Shown: positions 18,059 through 27,200 of the stretch, one piece after another | How positions within the stretch are numbered: the stretch's first letter is position 1 | Layout of the letters: the number at the start of each line of letters is the position of its first letter | Assembly (NCBI GenBank): GCA_026393835.1 | Contig: JAPKZK010000111.1 | Location: forward strand, 32,115 to 96,114 | DNA from: Candidatus Aminicenantes bacterium | GTDB taxonomy: Bacteria; Acidobacteriota; Aminicenantia; UBA2199 | DNA length: 64,000 bases | Reading direction: 5' to 3' | The notes under the pieces: generated by a model | Databases searched by the model: none | Seen by the model: the letters and a program-made list of their open reading frames with translations, nothing else | Told to the model about the DNA's origin: nothing | Position numbers and translations under genes: made by a program

Positions 18059-18478
18059 TCAGGCTTTTCCTTCTTCCTCTTTATCCAGGAGATACTGCTT
18101 TATCAATTGCTTATTATTGATTTTATATTCGGCAAAGAAAGCCAGAATAGCGTATAGAGCATGGGGTACCCTGGATAGAAATGAAAGGAGGTCATTGATC
18201 TCTTCGCTGTGTTTCCCAAAATCGGGTTTGGGGTTTTTCTCTCCCAGGGGATTGAGCATTCGGTTATCGCTGCCAAAAATGAAATCCAAATTGACATGGT
18301 GGGTATCATGCAAATATTTCAAGTATTTGGCGGTGGGCAATTTAACGCCCCTCTCAAAATCAGAAAGGTAACTACGGGAAATCCCGGTAGCCTTATTCAT
18401 AATGTCCATCGTCCAACCGAGTTGGTCCCGGATTTTTTTCAGTTGTAACCCGATATTAATAAAATGGGCTTCGCGCAT
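18059..18478 (-). CDS. XRE-family HTH regulator, paralog 2
   Basis: 139 aa. HTH IGLQLKKIRDQLGWTMDIMNKATGISRSYLSDFE. Family C-terminus LSRVPHALYAILAFFAEYKINNKQLI. Confidence 0.8.
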   Translation of the reverse strand: MREAHFINIGLQLKKIRDQLGWTMDIMNKATGISRSYLSDFERGVKLPTAKYLKYLHDTHHVNLDFIFGSDNRMLNPLGEKNPKPDFGKHSEEINDLLSFLSRVPHALYAILAFFAEYKINNKQLIKQYLLDKEEEGKA

Positions 18479-18515
18479 TTTGTTCCTCCGTTCATCCGTT
18501 CAGCTTATTTTATCT

Positions 18516-18953
18516 CTAAATGGATGAAGAAGCAAGAAGGGGAGGGTGTGTTTCTCCGTTTCGCTGGGCTTTCTTATATTTAGAGTAATATAACAATATC
18601 TCATACCGCAGCACGTGGTCTTGTTCCATTTCAGCCAATAAATCTTTGATATCTGGTATCTCGGCTTCAAAATTATTTGATTGCATCTTCTCGGCTGCAG
18701 CTAACTGCCTTGCTCTTAAATACATGGGTTCTTTTTTGAACAAAAGCCAATCCAGTGATATATCAAATTCGCTTTGCAACCGGTACAAAGTTTCCAAACA
18801 GGGAAGTGCAGCCCCTACCTCATGCTTATAATAATTGTTCGGGTGAATTCCCAATTTCCGGGCCATATCGCTGCGTGTTAGCCTTGCTTCATTTCTCACA
18901 ATTGCTAAACGCTGACCTACTTCTAATAAATAATTTCCTGTTCTTATTTTCAT
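18516..18953 (-). CDS. XRE-family HTH regulator, paralog 3
   Basis: 145 aa. HTH VGQRLAIVRNEARLTRSDMARKLGIHPNNYYKHE, then LDWLLFKKEPMYL ... MEQDHVLRYEILLYYSKYKK. Confidence 0.8.
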   Translation of the reverse strand: MKIRTGNYLLEVGQRLAIVRNEARLTRSDMARKLGIHPNNYYKHEVGAALPCLETLYRLQSEFDISLDWLLFKKEPMYLRARQLAAAEKMQSNNFEAEIPDIKDLLAEMEQDHVLRYEILLYYSKYKKAQRNGETHPPLLASSSI

Positions 18954-19065
18954 TTTGTTTGTCCTTTATTAGTCGATATTGAAATACCGCTTACTACGAT
19001 TATTTAATGTTGGGCCGGGAGAGAAACACCGGGAGCGGTTTAATGTAATAGAAAAAGGTCGCCCG

Positions 19066-19359
19066 GAAAAGTTGAGCAAGAACAATGTAAAGCTGAGGGA
19101 GCATGATGTAAAGTTGAGCGAGACCGATGTTAAGTTGAGGGAAACCGATGTAGAGTTGAGCGAGCATTATGTAAAGTTGCGGGAGCATAATGTTAAGTTG
19201 AGCGAGACCGATGTAAAGTTGAGCGAGCATTATGTTAAGTTAAGGGAGACCGATGTAGAGTTGAGCCAGCATTATGTAAAGTTGTGGGAGCATAATGTTA
19301 AGTTGAGGGAGACCGATGTAAAGTTGTGGGAGCATAATGTTAAGCTGGGGGAGCATATT
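19066..19359. repeat. Tandem array of 13-14 contiguous 21-bp units (GTWRAGTTGNGNGAGMMYRAT)
   Basis: Units phased from 19087, with a degenerate unit at 19066: gtaaagttgagcgagaccgat, gttaagttgagggaaaccgat, gtagagttgagcgagcattat, gtaaagttgcgggagcataat and so on. No spacers. Stop-free frames exist on both strands. Confidence 0.9.
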
Positions 19360-19627
19360 TTGTTGCTCAATGAGGAATAAAAAGTGCATGGCGAGCTTAA
19401 AGAAGTACCTATTGAGTATAAATGGATGCAAATGTGGTTTGAAGAAGTGAAAGAATATACTTATGATGATATGCTTTTCAATCATTCCCAGGCTGCCCCG
19501 GTTATTTTTCTCTTATTGTTGGCCATGGATTTAGCAGGTTGATGGATGAGGAAAAAAGATTAACAGGAACGGGCAGCCGTAAGTTCTTTACGGCTGCCCA
19601 ATGTTCACTGTCATCAAAGATTTCCGC

Positions 19628-20527
19628 TTATTGTTCCATAACCTGTTGTACCTCAGCCCCGAGCCCACTTGCGTCAGCGCCGTTATTACCGGGCAGCACC
19701 TTTTCCCTGGACCCGGTTTCTTTTACTTCCACTGCTTCCGACATTTTCACTGCTTCCGAAGCTTTAGCCAGGATGGTTTTTGCTTCCTCTGCTTTTTTAG
19801 ACAATGTTTTGGCATCTACTTCTACGGTATTATCCGCGGAGGGCGCCTCGGATTTTTGTCTGACATAGCCCCTGGAAAGCACCTGGATTTTCAATGACTC
19901 AAGAAGTTGCTTGTGATTTCGCAGCGCCACTTTGCAAATATAAATGAATTCTTTCATCCATAGATCAAACTCAGCCAGTACCGCATCGCGTTCTTCCAGG
20001 GCATTTTGGGCAATACCTTTGGTATCATTGTAGGCGCTATTGGCTTGTTCAACCTGGATAATTTTTGTGTGAGCGGCATTTAGTTTATCCAGGGTAATGG
20101 CGTTGGTTTCTAATTCAGTTACCATTTCCGTATCATCCAGGAGGTTGGTATAAAAGGTTTCGGACTGTCTTAGCCAGCCGTTCAAGGTCCTTTCCCTGGG
20201 AACCAGCAGCATCATTCGGCCCAGGCGAGCAGGGTTTTTCAGGCATTTTAATTTGGTAAAGTTCATATGTTCCATATAGGTGGGGTGTACTTCGGCCAGC
20301 AAGTTATACAGGGCAGCCCTGGCTTCCAGTTGTTTGCCGTGAGCTACTGTTTTAGCATAATCCAATGTCATCAGCTTTTGTAGGGTGGTGAGTCCCTGAT
20401 CGATTTTTTCAGTGTTCATATTATAAGCTGAGATCAACGGATAAATCTTTTCATTATTCCTGGCGTTGGTCAATGCCACTTGTGAATTGAAAAAATAGTC
20501 TTGTAAACTCGTTCTTTTGAAAATCAT
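19628..20527 (-). CDS. Hypothetical protein (all-helical by composition; Ala/Glu/Lys-rich C-terminus)
   Basis: 299-aa ORF preceded by AAGGAGA. No motif recognised. Confidence 0.55.
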   Translation of the reverse strand: MIFKRTSLQDYFFNSQVALTNARNNEKIYPLISAYNMNTEKIDQGLTTLQKLMTLDYAKTVAHGKQLEARAALYNLLAEVHPTYMEHMNFTKLKCLKNPARLGRMMLLVPRERTLNGWLRQSETFYTNLLDDTEMVTELETNAITLDKLNAAHTKIIQVEQANSAYNDTKGIAQNALEERDAVLAEFDLWMKEFIYICKVALRNHKQLLESLKIQVLSRGYVRQKSEAPSADNTVEVDAKTLSKKAEEAKTILAKASEAVKMSEAVEVKETGSREKVLPGNNGADASGLGAEVQQVMEQ

Positions 20528-20845
20528 TATTATCTCCTTTGTTAATTGTTAATCTGATTCTTTTCCTTGTCCGAAATACGCGAACACGCGAACCGGACCC
20601 AAAATAGCTATACGACTGATTATTGCCTTTCTGCCCGGTAATTAACGGTAGGGTTGCATCGCTGGCCATTCGCTTTTTACAGGACATACCGACATAATCG
20701 TTATTTATTTTCATTTGTTCGCCGATTTAAGACAAAATGATACCATATGGCGAAGGCCATGTCAAGAAAAAAAATTTTTTTTTTTGAGAGGAATTACCTT
20801 TTGTTTTCTCCCTGGGGGGAAATTTCCTATCCCCGTCTTATTCTT

Positions 20846-21289
20846 TTAAGTTTTGTCTCCCCGCAAGCTTTTTTTTATGATGGTTTCATTTTCCAGGTAA
20901 AACCTGGCGGCATAACCCAACAACGAATTCTTGACCATGGAAGAATGGTTCATTAACCAGAAGAGTTTCTCCGGGGAATCGATGTCATCGATATCTTTAA
21001 ATTCAGCCCTGGGGAGTCTTGTTTTTGGGTCATAGAACATCTCGCTCTCTCCATGGAATACGTATTCGATGCTGACATTGTAAACATCGGAAAGATCAAG
21101 GAAAAATCCCGGGCCGGGATTTGCTTTACCGCTTTCTATTTCCGAGAGGTAGCTGGCGGATGTATTAAGGCCGGCGGCCATTTCCCGCTGTGATAATTGT
21201 AACGTATTCCGAACATTTTTTATTCGTTGGCCGATGGCTACCAGTCTTTCGTTTTGGCTTTTTTTGACAGAATATTCAGCGTTTTTCAT
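20846..21289 (-). CDS. XRE-family HTH regulator, paralog 4
   Basis: 147 aa. HTH IGQRIKNVRNTLQLSQREMAAGLNTSASYLSEIE, then IEYVFHGESEMFY ... MNHSSMVKNSLLGYAARFYLENETII. Confidence 0.8.
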   Translation of the reverse strand: MKNAEYSVKKSQNERLVAIGQRIKNVRNTLQLSQREMAAGLNTSASYLSEIESGKANPGPGFFLDLSDVYNVSIEYVFHGESEMFYDPKTRLPRAEFKDIDDIDSPEKLFWLMNHSSMVKNSLLGYAARFYLENETIIKKSLRGDKT

Positions 21290-21415
21290 GATTTTTGCAC
21301 CTGCTATATTATATCTGAAAATTTTTTATTGTAAAGAGCGAAGAAATTCTTCCAGCATGTCTCTTTTTCCGCCTTTTTGGTGGATGTCCAGTTTTTGCCT
21401 GATATCTTTTTGGCG

Positions 21416-21739
21416 TTAGCCAAAGGTAATTAATTCCCCGCCATTTCTCCAGTATGGGCACGAAATATCCGGGGCAAGCAGGTCGTTGTAAACTTTATAC
21501 GCCGTTGCCCTACACCCGCCGTCACAGAGAAAAATAAATTTACATCTTTTGCAATATGGGTTCTGATCCATTGCTATATTCGCTAACTCCCTGATTTTTT
21601 TAAAATTCCCTGAATTATTCCAGGTCTCTAATAAATCTTGCTCCTTGATGTTGCCTCCTTTAAAATCCGATAGTCCTTCACAGGGAATGATGTCTCCGGC
21701 AGAGGTAATAGTAACGGATGTTGATGCATGTACTTTGAA
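21416..21739 (-). pseudogene. 3' remnant of a radical SAM/SPASM-domain maturase (SPASM C-terminus only)
   Basis: My minus-strand translation: ...VTITSAGDIIPCEGLSDFKGGNIKEQDLLETWNNSGNFKKIRELANIAMDQNPYCKRCKFIFLCDGGCRATAYKVYNDLLAPDISCPYW...*. This is a SPASM-type Cys pattern (CxxCxxxxxCxGGC). The frame is closed upstream by a stop at 21740-21742. There is no radical SAM core and no start other than an internal Met. Confidence 0.6.
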
Positions 21740-21961
21740 TTAAGATATGGCATTTGAAGGAACAGGCAATGCCTGTTCCCTACTAATTCGCGCCCTGCAC
21801 AATACCTTTTTTCCGATAGGCTCTAACTATGTCCCGCCTAGTTTTATATCGAACCTATGTAAAAATTCTACATCCATGTTTTTTTATTATATTTAGAAGG
21901 TCATCTTTATCTGTATAGGTATATATTTGCACTTTGTGAATTGCTTGTGCTGCTTCTTTCA

Positions 21962-23842
21962 TTAAAGGTTGACCCGGACTGAAAAATATTCGAAATGGGG
22001 GGGCTCGATATAGAGTACCGCCGGTCCGATCTTCTGATGTAATGAGTTAAAATGAAAATCTTTTACCACCCCGATGATGTTTCCTTTTTTCCAGTTCGCG
22101 ATATTGAGCTCTTTGCCGATGGGGGTATCCCAGCCAAATTCTTTGCGCGCCGCTTCATTAACGATAAAAGCGTTTGTTTCATCAGTGGGGTATTCTTTAG
22201 AAAACCCCCTCCCCTCCATGATATTCAGCTTAAATGTATCGATAAAATCGTAATCCACGGGGATGCATCCGGTCATATTGTTTTTTCTTTCGTCCAGGCC
22301 TTCATAGATGTAATTCATGTTCCACCTGGGTTGACCGGGGAAAAAACACGATGCGCTAACCGCTTGTACATTCGGATGTTGTAAGAAGTCATATTTAATC
22401 GTTTCATATTTCAGCATGGCTTCTTCACTGTTATTAATGGCTATATTTATAATATTCTCTTTATTTAGTCCTAAATCGGTTGTTTTTACATAATGCAATT
22501 GTTTGACCATAACCAATGTACTGATGATGGCCAGGACAGAGACGGTAAACTGGAATACCACCAGTCGCCGTCTCAGAAATGTTAATACAGACCCCGATTT
22601 ATTCCTTCCTTTCAGGGCGTCTATCGGCTGCAGCGCCGATAGAAACAGTGCAGGAACAAGCCCTGTGACTAATCCGACAAATAAAATAATGCCCGTAAGG
22701 CCAGCCAAGAAAAATGGATTGTCGAAATAGTGGAATGATAATGTTTTCCCCCACAAAGAATTCGAAAGCGGCAAGAAAATTTCGGCCAGCAATATAGCCA
22801 GGGGCAAAGAAGATAGAGCGTACAAGAATGACTCGCTGAAAAATTGCCGGATCAATTGCGCGGGAACTGCGCCCAACACTTTTCGCAATCCTACTTCTTT
22901 GGCGCGTTCAGCAAACCTGGCGGCAGTAAGATTAATATAATTCAAACAGGCGATCAAAAGGATAAACATCGCTGCAGCCGAAAAAATATAAACGGTCCCA
23001 ATATCCCTGTTGGGTTCTATCTCCCCTCCGATATTCGAATGCAAATGGATACCGGTTAGGGGCTGAAGGAAATATGTAAAGGCATAGTCTTTTCGTTTCT
23101 CTTTTCCTATGTATTTGTCGATAAATTGGGGCATTCTTTCTTTAAATGAATCGATGGGGGATTCGTTTGCAATCAATATATAAGTAGTATAATTGTACAT
23201 TCCCCATTGATCGAAATTAATCTTTGCGAAATTTGCAAAGCAGCCCAGGAAATCGAATCTAAAGTGTGAGTTGCGGGGAATATCTTTAAAAACGCCGGTG
23301 ATGATGAAATCTCCCCAATCTCTTAAACTAATCGTTTTCCCCATCGGGTTTTCCCGGTCGAAATATTTGCTTTTGATTTCTTCAGAAATAAGAATCGAGT
23401 GTGGGTCTTTAAGAACCGTATTCGTATCCCCTATTGCCAGGGGGAAGGTAAACACATCGAAGACTTCGGGATCGGTAAAAAATATTTTCTCATAAAAAAG
23501 TTTATTGTTGCATTTGACTAAGAGATTTTGGTATCCGAACCGGACTATTTTTTGAATCCACGGAAACTCACGCACCAGCGCCGGCCCTAATGGAGCCGGG
23601 GTTCCTGCATATTGCCTTACTTTCAGGTTCGCTTCATATTGGAAAGCGACCCGGAAAATCTGTTTTGCTTTCTCGTGATACCGGTCGTAACTTAACTCAT
23701 CTTGAACCCACAAAAAGAGCAATAAACAACATGCTGTACCTATGGCCAGTCCAACAATATTGATAAGGGAATAACCCTTGTGTTTAAGAATTTTTCTAAT
23801 CGCGACTTTTAGGTTGCTTTTATACATCCACCCATCTCCCAT
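21962..23842 (-). CDS. FtsX/MacB-type ABC transporter permease, apparently C-terminally truncated
   Basis: 626 aa: TM1, a periplasmic domain, the first FtsX block (LIACLNYINLTAARFAERAKEVGLRKVLGA ...), TM5 and a second periplasmic domain. It ends at ...HFEYFSVRVNL without the second FtsX 3-TM block expected in about 800-aa family members. Confidence 0.7.
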   Translation of the reverse strand: MGDGWMYKSNLKVAIRKILKHKGYSLINIVGLAIGTACCLLLFLWVQDELSYDRYHEKAKQIFRVAFQYEANLKVRQYAGTPAPLGPALVREFPWIQKIVRFGYQNLLVKCNNKLFYEKIFFTDPEVFDVFTFPLAIGDTNTVLKDPHSILISEEIKSKYFDRENPMGKTISLRDWGDFIITGVFKDIPRNSHFRFDFLGCFANFAKINFDQWGMYNYTTYILIANESPIDSFKERMPQFIDKYIGKEKRKDYAFTYFLQPLTGIHLHSNIGGEIEPNRDIGTVYIFSAAAMFILLIACLNYINLTAARFAERAKEVGLRKVLGAVPAQLIRQFFSESFLYALSSLPLAILLAEIFLPLSNSLWGKTLSFHYFDNPFFLAGLTGIILFVGLVTGLVPALFLSALQPIDALKGRNKSGSVLTFLRRRLVVFQFTVSVLAIISTLVMVKQLHYVKTTDLGLNKENIINIAINNSEEAMLKYETIKYDFLQHPNVQAVSASCFFPGQPRWNMNYIYEGLDERKNNMTGCIPVDYDFIDTFKLNIMEGRGFSKEYPTDETNAFIVNEAARKEFGWDTPIGKELNIANWKKGNIIGVVKDFHFNSLHQKIGPAVLYIEPPHFEYFSVRVNL

Positions 23843-24060
23843 GAGCTAATGAATAAACCGATAAGGTGAAGCTTTGCACCTCTTTTCACATCATTGCATT
23901 TTCCAAAATAATGATTGAAGTTCATGCTTTTCTTGATACCATATCAAAAAAAAAGTCAAGGAAAACCCTTTCTTCAATAATTATTATTAGGGCGCCTGCG
24001 TTATCCTGAAAAAAGTTTTACTTTGTTTACTCGTTAATCGAAATGAGATATAATTTTCAC

Positions 24061-24248
24061 ATGCCGTATACGAAAGAACAAAGTAAAATTAAAATCGAAG
24101 AACTTGTCAATGACTTCAAGGCAAAAGAATCAAAGAAATCAGGGCCAGTCTGCAACTAAAACAAAAAGACATGGCCGAGGCACTGGATATAGCCCGTAAA
24201 GGGCTTGATAAATCAAGCCCCTACGTCTATTCAAGCCCCTACGTTTAG
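24061..24248 (+). pseudogene. Frameshifted, truncated remnant of a fifth XRE-family regulator
   Basis: One frame gives MPYTKEQSKIKIEELVNDFKAKE.. The other frame (24114-24248) gives LQGKRIKEIRASLQLKQKDMAEALDIARKGLDKSSPYVYSSPYV*, resembling the family HTH start (G.RIK.IR..L.L.Q.dMA). The recognition helix and C-terminal domain are absent. Confidence 0.35.
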
Positions 24249-24258
24249 TCAAGTAGTT

Positions 24259-27200
24259 TTATTTAGGCAAGATATTTATGTTTACTCGCTTTGCTCGATT
24301 CTCTTCACTGTCGATAAATACCAATTCATAGTTTCCAATAAAACCGGGTCCGGGATTCCAATAGAAAACTCCCTTTTCCCTGTCCAACGTCGAACCGATG
24401 GGCAGAGATTTCAACGGCTGGACAACTACCCCGAAATCGATAACCACCCGCTCCAATTCATGGATAACGATATTCGTAATACCGTTATCCCCGGGATAAA
24501 CCGTTTGCGGCGCAGCGTCTTTTCGATATCCTTTTATAACCGTCACCGGACCGTTTAGATCAGGGAGGAGCGATAACGTGTCATCGATGGGCGAAAACGA
24601 ATCAAAAACGGGCGAACACGCAGAAAATTCAGCGGAGCCCCTACGGTCCATATCGGCCCCGGTGTTCTGCACGATGAAGAACCGGCTGCCGATGCCGTCG
24701 GCGTTCCCCCCATTATCGGTAACGATCCAGAATATGGTATGAATGCCGTTGCTGTACCCGGTGGTATTAAAATTAAACGAACCGGCGGCGCCGTTACTGT
24801 TGCCATAACCGGGGAATAAGGATGCGATATCCGACCGGTATTGGTTGTAAGTGACCGTTCCCTTTTTTTGGCTGTCTATATAAACTTCAATAGTGGAGCC
24901 GTTCGTGGGTATCTTGTTGGGCTGGGGCGTTAATACCCATCCGAAATTGGCGTAACTACTACCGGATGCGCTGCCGCCCTGCGTAGGGGTATCGATGGCC
25001 CCAAAGGGTTTTACTGCATCGGCATTATTGCAATAAACGGTTTTTGAACCCAGGGTCACCACATGACCGGCGGAATCCGTGACTTTGGCGTACAGGGTAT
25101 AGGTTCCATTGCCGTGGTTGGGCAAAAAGTGGGTCAATAACATATAACCCCACCCGGCCTGGTAATTTTTCGGGTTAGTGGAATAAGCCGCCGCGACATC
25201 CGCCCGCGCCCCTTCCACGAATACGGCGTCCCCTATATAAGTGGAACCGTTGTAAATCTTTACGTTGGCGACATCGATATCATCCAGCGCCCAACCGGTG
25301 ACGGGAACGCTGCTGCTGACATAGGAGCCATTTACCGGGGTGGCGAACTCCCCGAAGGGCGATTGATCGGAGGCTGAACTTTTAACCGTCAAGGTTACGG
25401 AAACCGTCTGGGGCGAATTGGAAGCGCCGGTAGCAGTAACGGTAACGGTCCCGGTATAAGTTCCCGCCACCAGGCCGGCGGTGTTAACGGATAACGTAAC
25501 CACCCCGGCCCCACTGCCGGAAGTGGGGGCGCCGCTGAGCCATGAAGCGTTATCGGAGATGCTCCAACTCAATGTACCGCCGCTGCTGTTATCAATACGC
25601 AAGGTTTGTCCCCCGGTATTAGTCCCACCGACGATGGCGCCGTAATAGAATTTAGTCCGGTTTAAGGATATTTTGGAACCCGATGTGGTGGATATTGTGA
25701 AAACAGTATTCGATGTATCTGCGGGTGAACTATCCGATGCTTCGAGGATTTTTATAAGGCACTGGGTAGACGGTTTCGAAGGGACAGTCCATTTATGCGA
25801 ACCGTCATTGGCGGTTGAGGTCACAATGTTTGTCCAACTGCTGCCGTTGTTGGTGGAATATTGTATTTTCACATTGCCCACGGTCCCGGTGGTGCTCCAG
25901 GTGATAGTATGCGATGCTCCGACTACCAGTGTTTCGCCGCCATTGGGGGAAGTAACGGTTATAGTGGGGGTAGTGGACGTGACAATGGAAAACACGGCGT
26001 TGCTGTTATCTGTCGGCGTACCCCCGGAGGCTTCTTTTATCCTCACCTTGCACTTCGTAGACGAAACCGTGGGAATTTTCCATGAATGAGAGCCGTCATT
26101 GGCGGTGGAAGAGATAACCGTGGTCCAGGTGCTGCCGCTGTTGGTGGAATATTCTATTTTTACATTGCTTATGGAACCGGTGGAAGTCCAGAAAATCGTT
26201 TGCGTGGAACCGGCGGCCCAGGTTTCGCCGCCGTTGGGGGAAACAACGGTTATGGAAGAAGTGCTGATCTCCTGTCTGAAATTACGAACCGTGCCGAGGG
26301 TGTTGTTCAACGACTTGCGGTTATCGGCGGCCAGGGGGTCTGTATAGACGACGCCCATGGGTTTGCCGCCGTAGGTTTTATCGGGGTTGGACCAGTAGTT
26401 GACGCGGGGACAGCCGCCGGGACAATCGTATGCCATGATGGTTCTAAAGGCTTCATCGGGGTCCTGGTAGCCGTAGGAATAATCATATACCCCGGCATTG
26501 GCGGCGTTGGCGCGGTCATGGGCGCAGCCCATGTTGTGTCCCCACTCGTGGGCTAAGGAGTAATACCCGGTAGCGCAATCGATGGATACCAGGCAAAATG
26601 CATTGGCCTCAAAGGAACTACTCAGCGTTTGCATCAAATATCCAATACCGCAATAGGCGCCCTGGTTAACGATTAATGCAACTTCGTCGGCTCTATAGGT
26701 ATCCCGTAAGGTATGCACATTATCCATATAACCGTCGGATTTGCCCTGGAGCCTGGTTAGGCAGGTGCTCCAATCGAAACCGGTCTCATCGTAGGCGACC
26801 TCCGCCGTATGGACCAGGCGCAGCCGCTGGGTCACGCCGCTGTTGCTGTACCCGGCATTGCTTTCGGTTATCCCCAGGTCGATTAAAGTTCCCATGGCGG
26901 CGGTTCCGCCTGCCGCGATGCGGGCGTCGGCGGTATATACCACCAGGGCATCGATGTAAATGCCCGTATCTGATGGGGTATCTGTTTGTTTATCCGCCGG
27001 TTTCAGGTCTACCGGGACCGGTGGGAGTTCCGACGGGAAACGGCTGTGATCCAACTCCTGTACGCTGTGCAAATCGCCGGCAATGTAACGCACCCGGTAT
27101 AAATGTCGGCCGGTGTTGATATTGGCTGAAAGTATTCCATCGTTCTTTACCATGACGACTTCTCCCCCGGGGATTCCTTCCAGGAATCCGACGTAAGAAG

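Noticed and set aside
19066-19359. Possible CRISPR array
   Set aside because: The 21-bp units are directly contiguous with no unique spacers. The unit is shorter than CRISPR repeats, and no cas genes are in the window.
18979-19380. 133-aa ORF (VKL[SR]E heptads) as a confident protein-coding gene
   Set aside because: It begins with TTG and contains no ATG. Frames on both strands are open simply because the repeat unit lacks stops. It is kept as a repeat feature, and a coding role is left as an open alternative in the findings.
20575-20595. cgcgaacacgcgaaccggac as another copy of the GTCCGT-tract element; also the His-rich coding stretch at 48641-48680
   Set aside because: Only an 8-mer (cgaacacg) is shared, which is expected by chance in 128 kb of two-strand sequence. 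The 48.6-kb stretch is ordinary coding sequence.
21759-21779. ggaacaggcaatgcctgttcc palindrome as the terminator of the truncated permease
   Set aside because: It is a perfect 9-bp stem, but no T-run follows on the relevant strand, and it lies in a region that looks like deletion debris. Its function cannot be supported.
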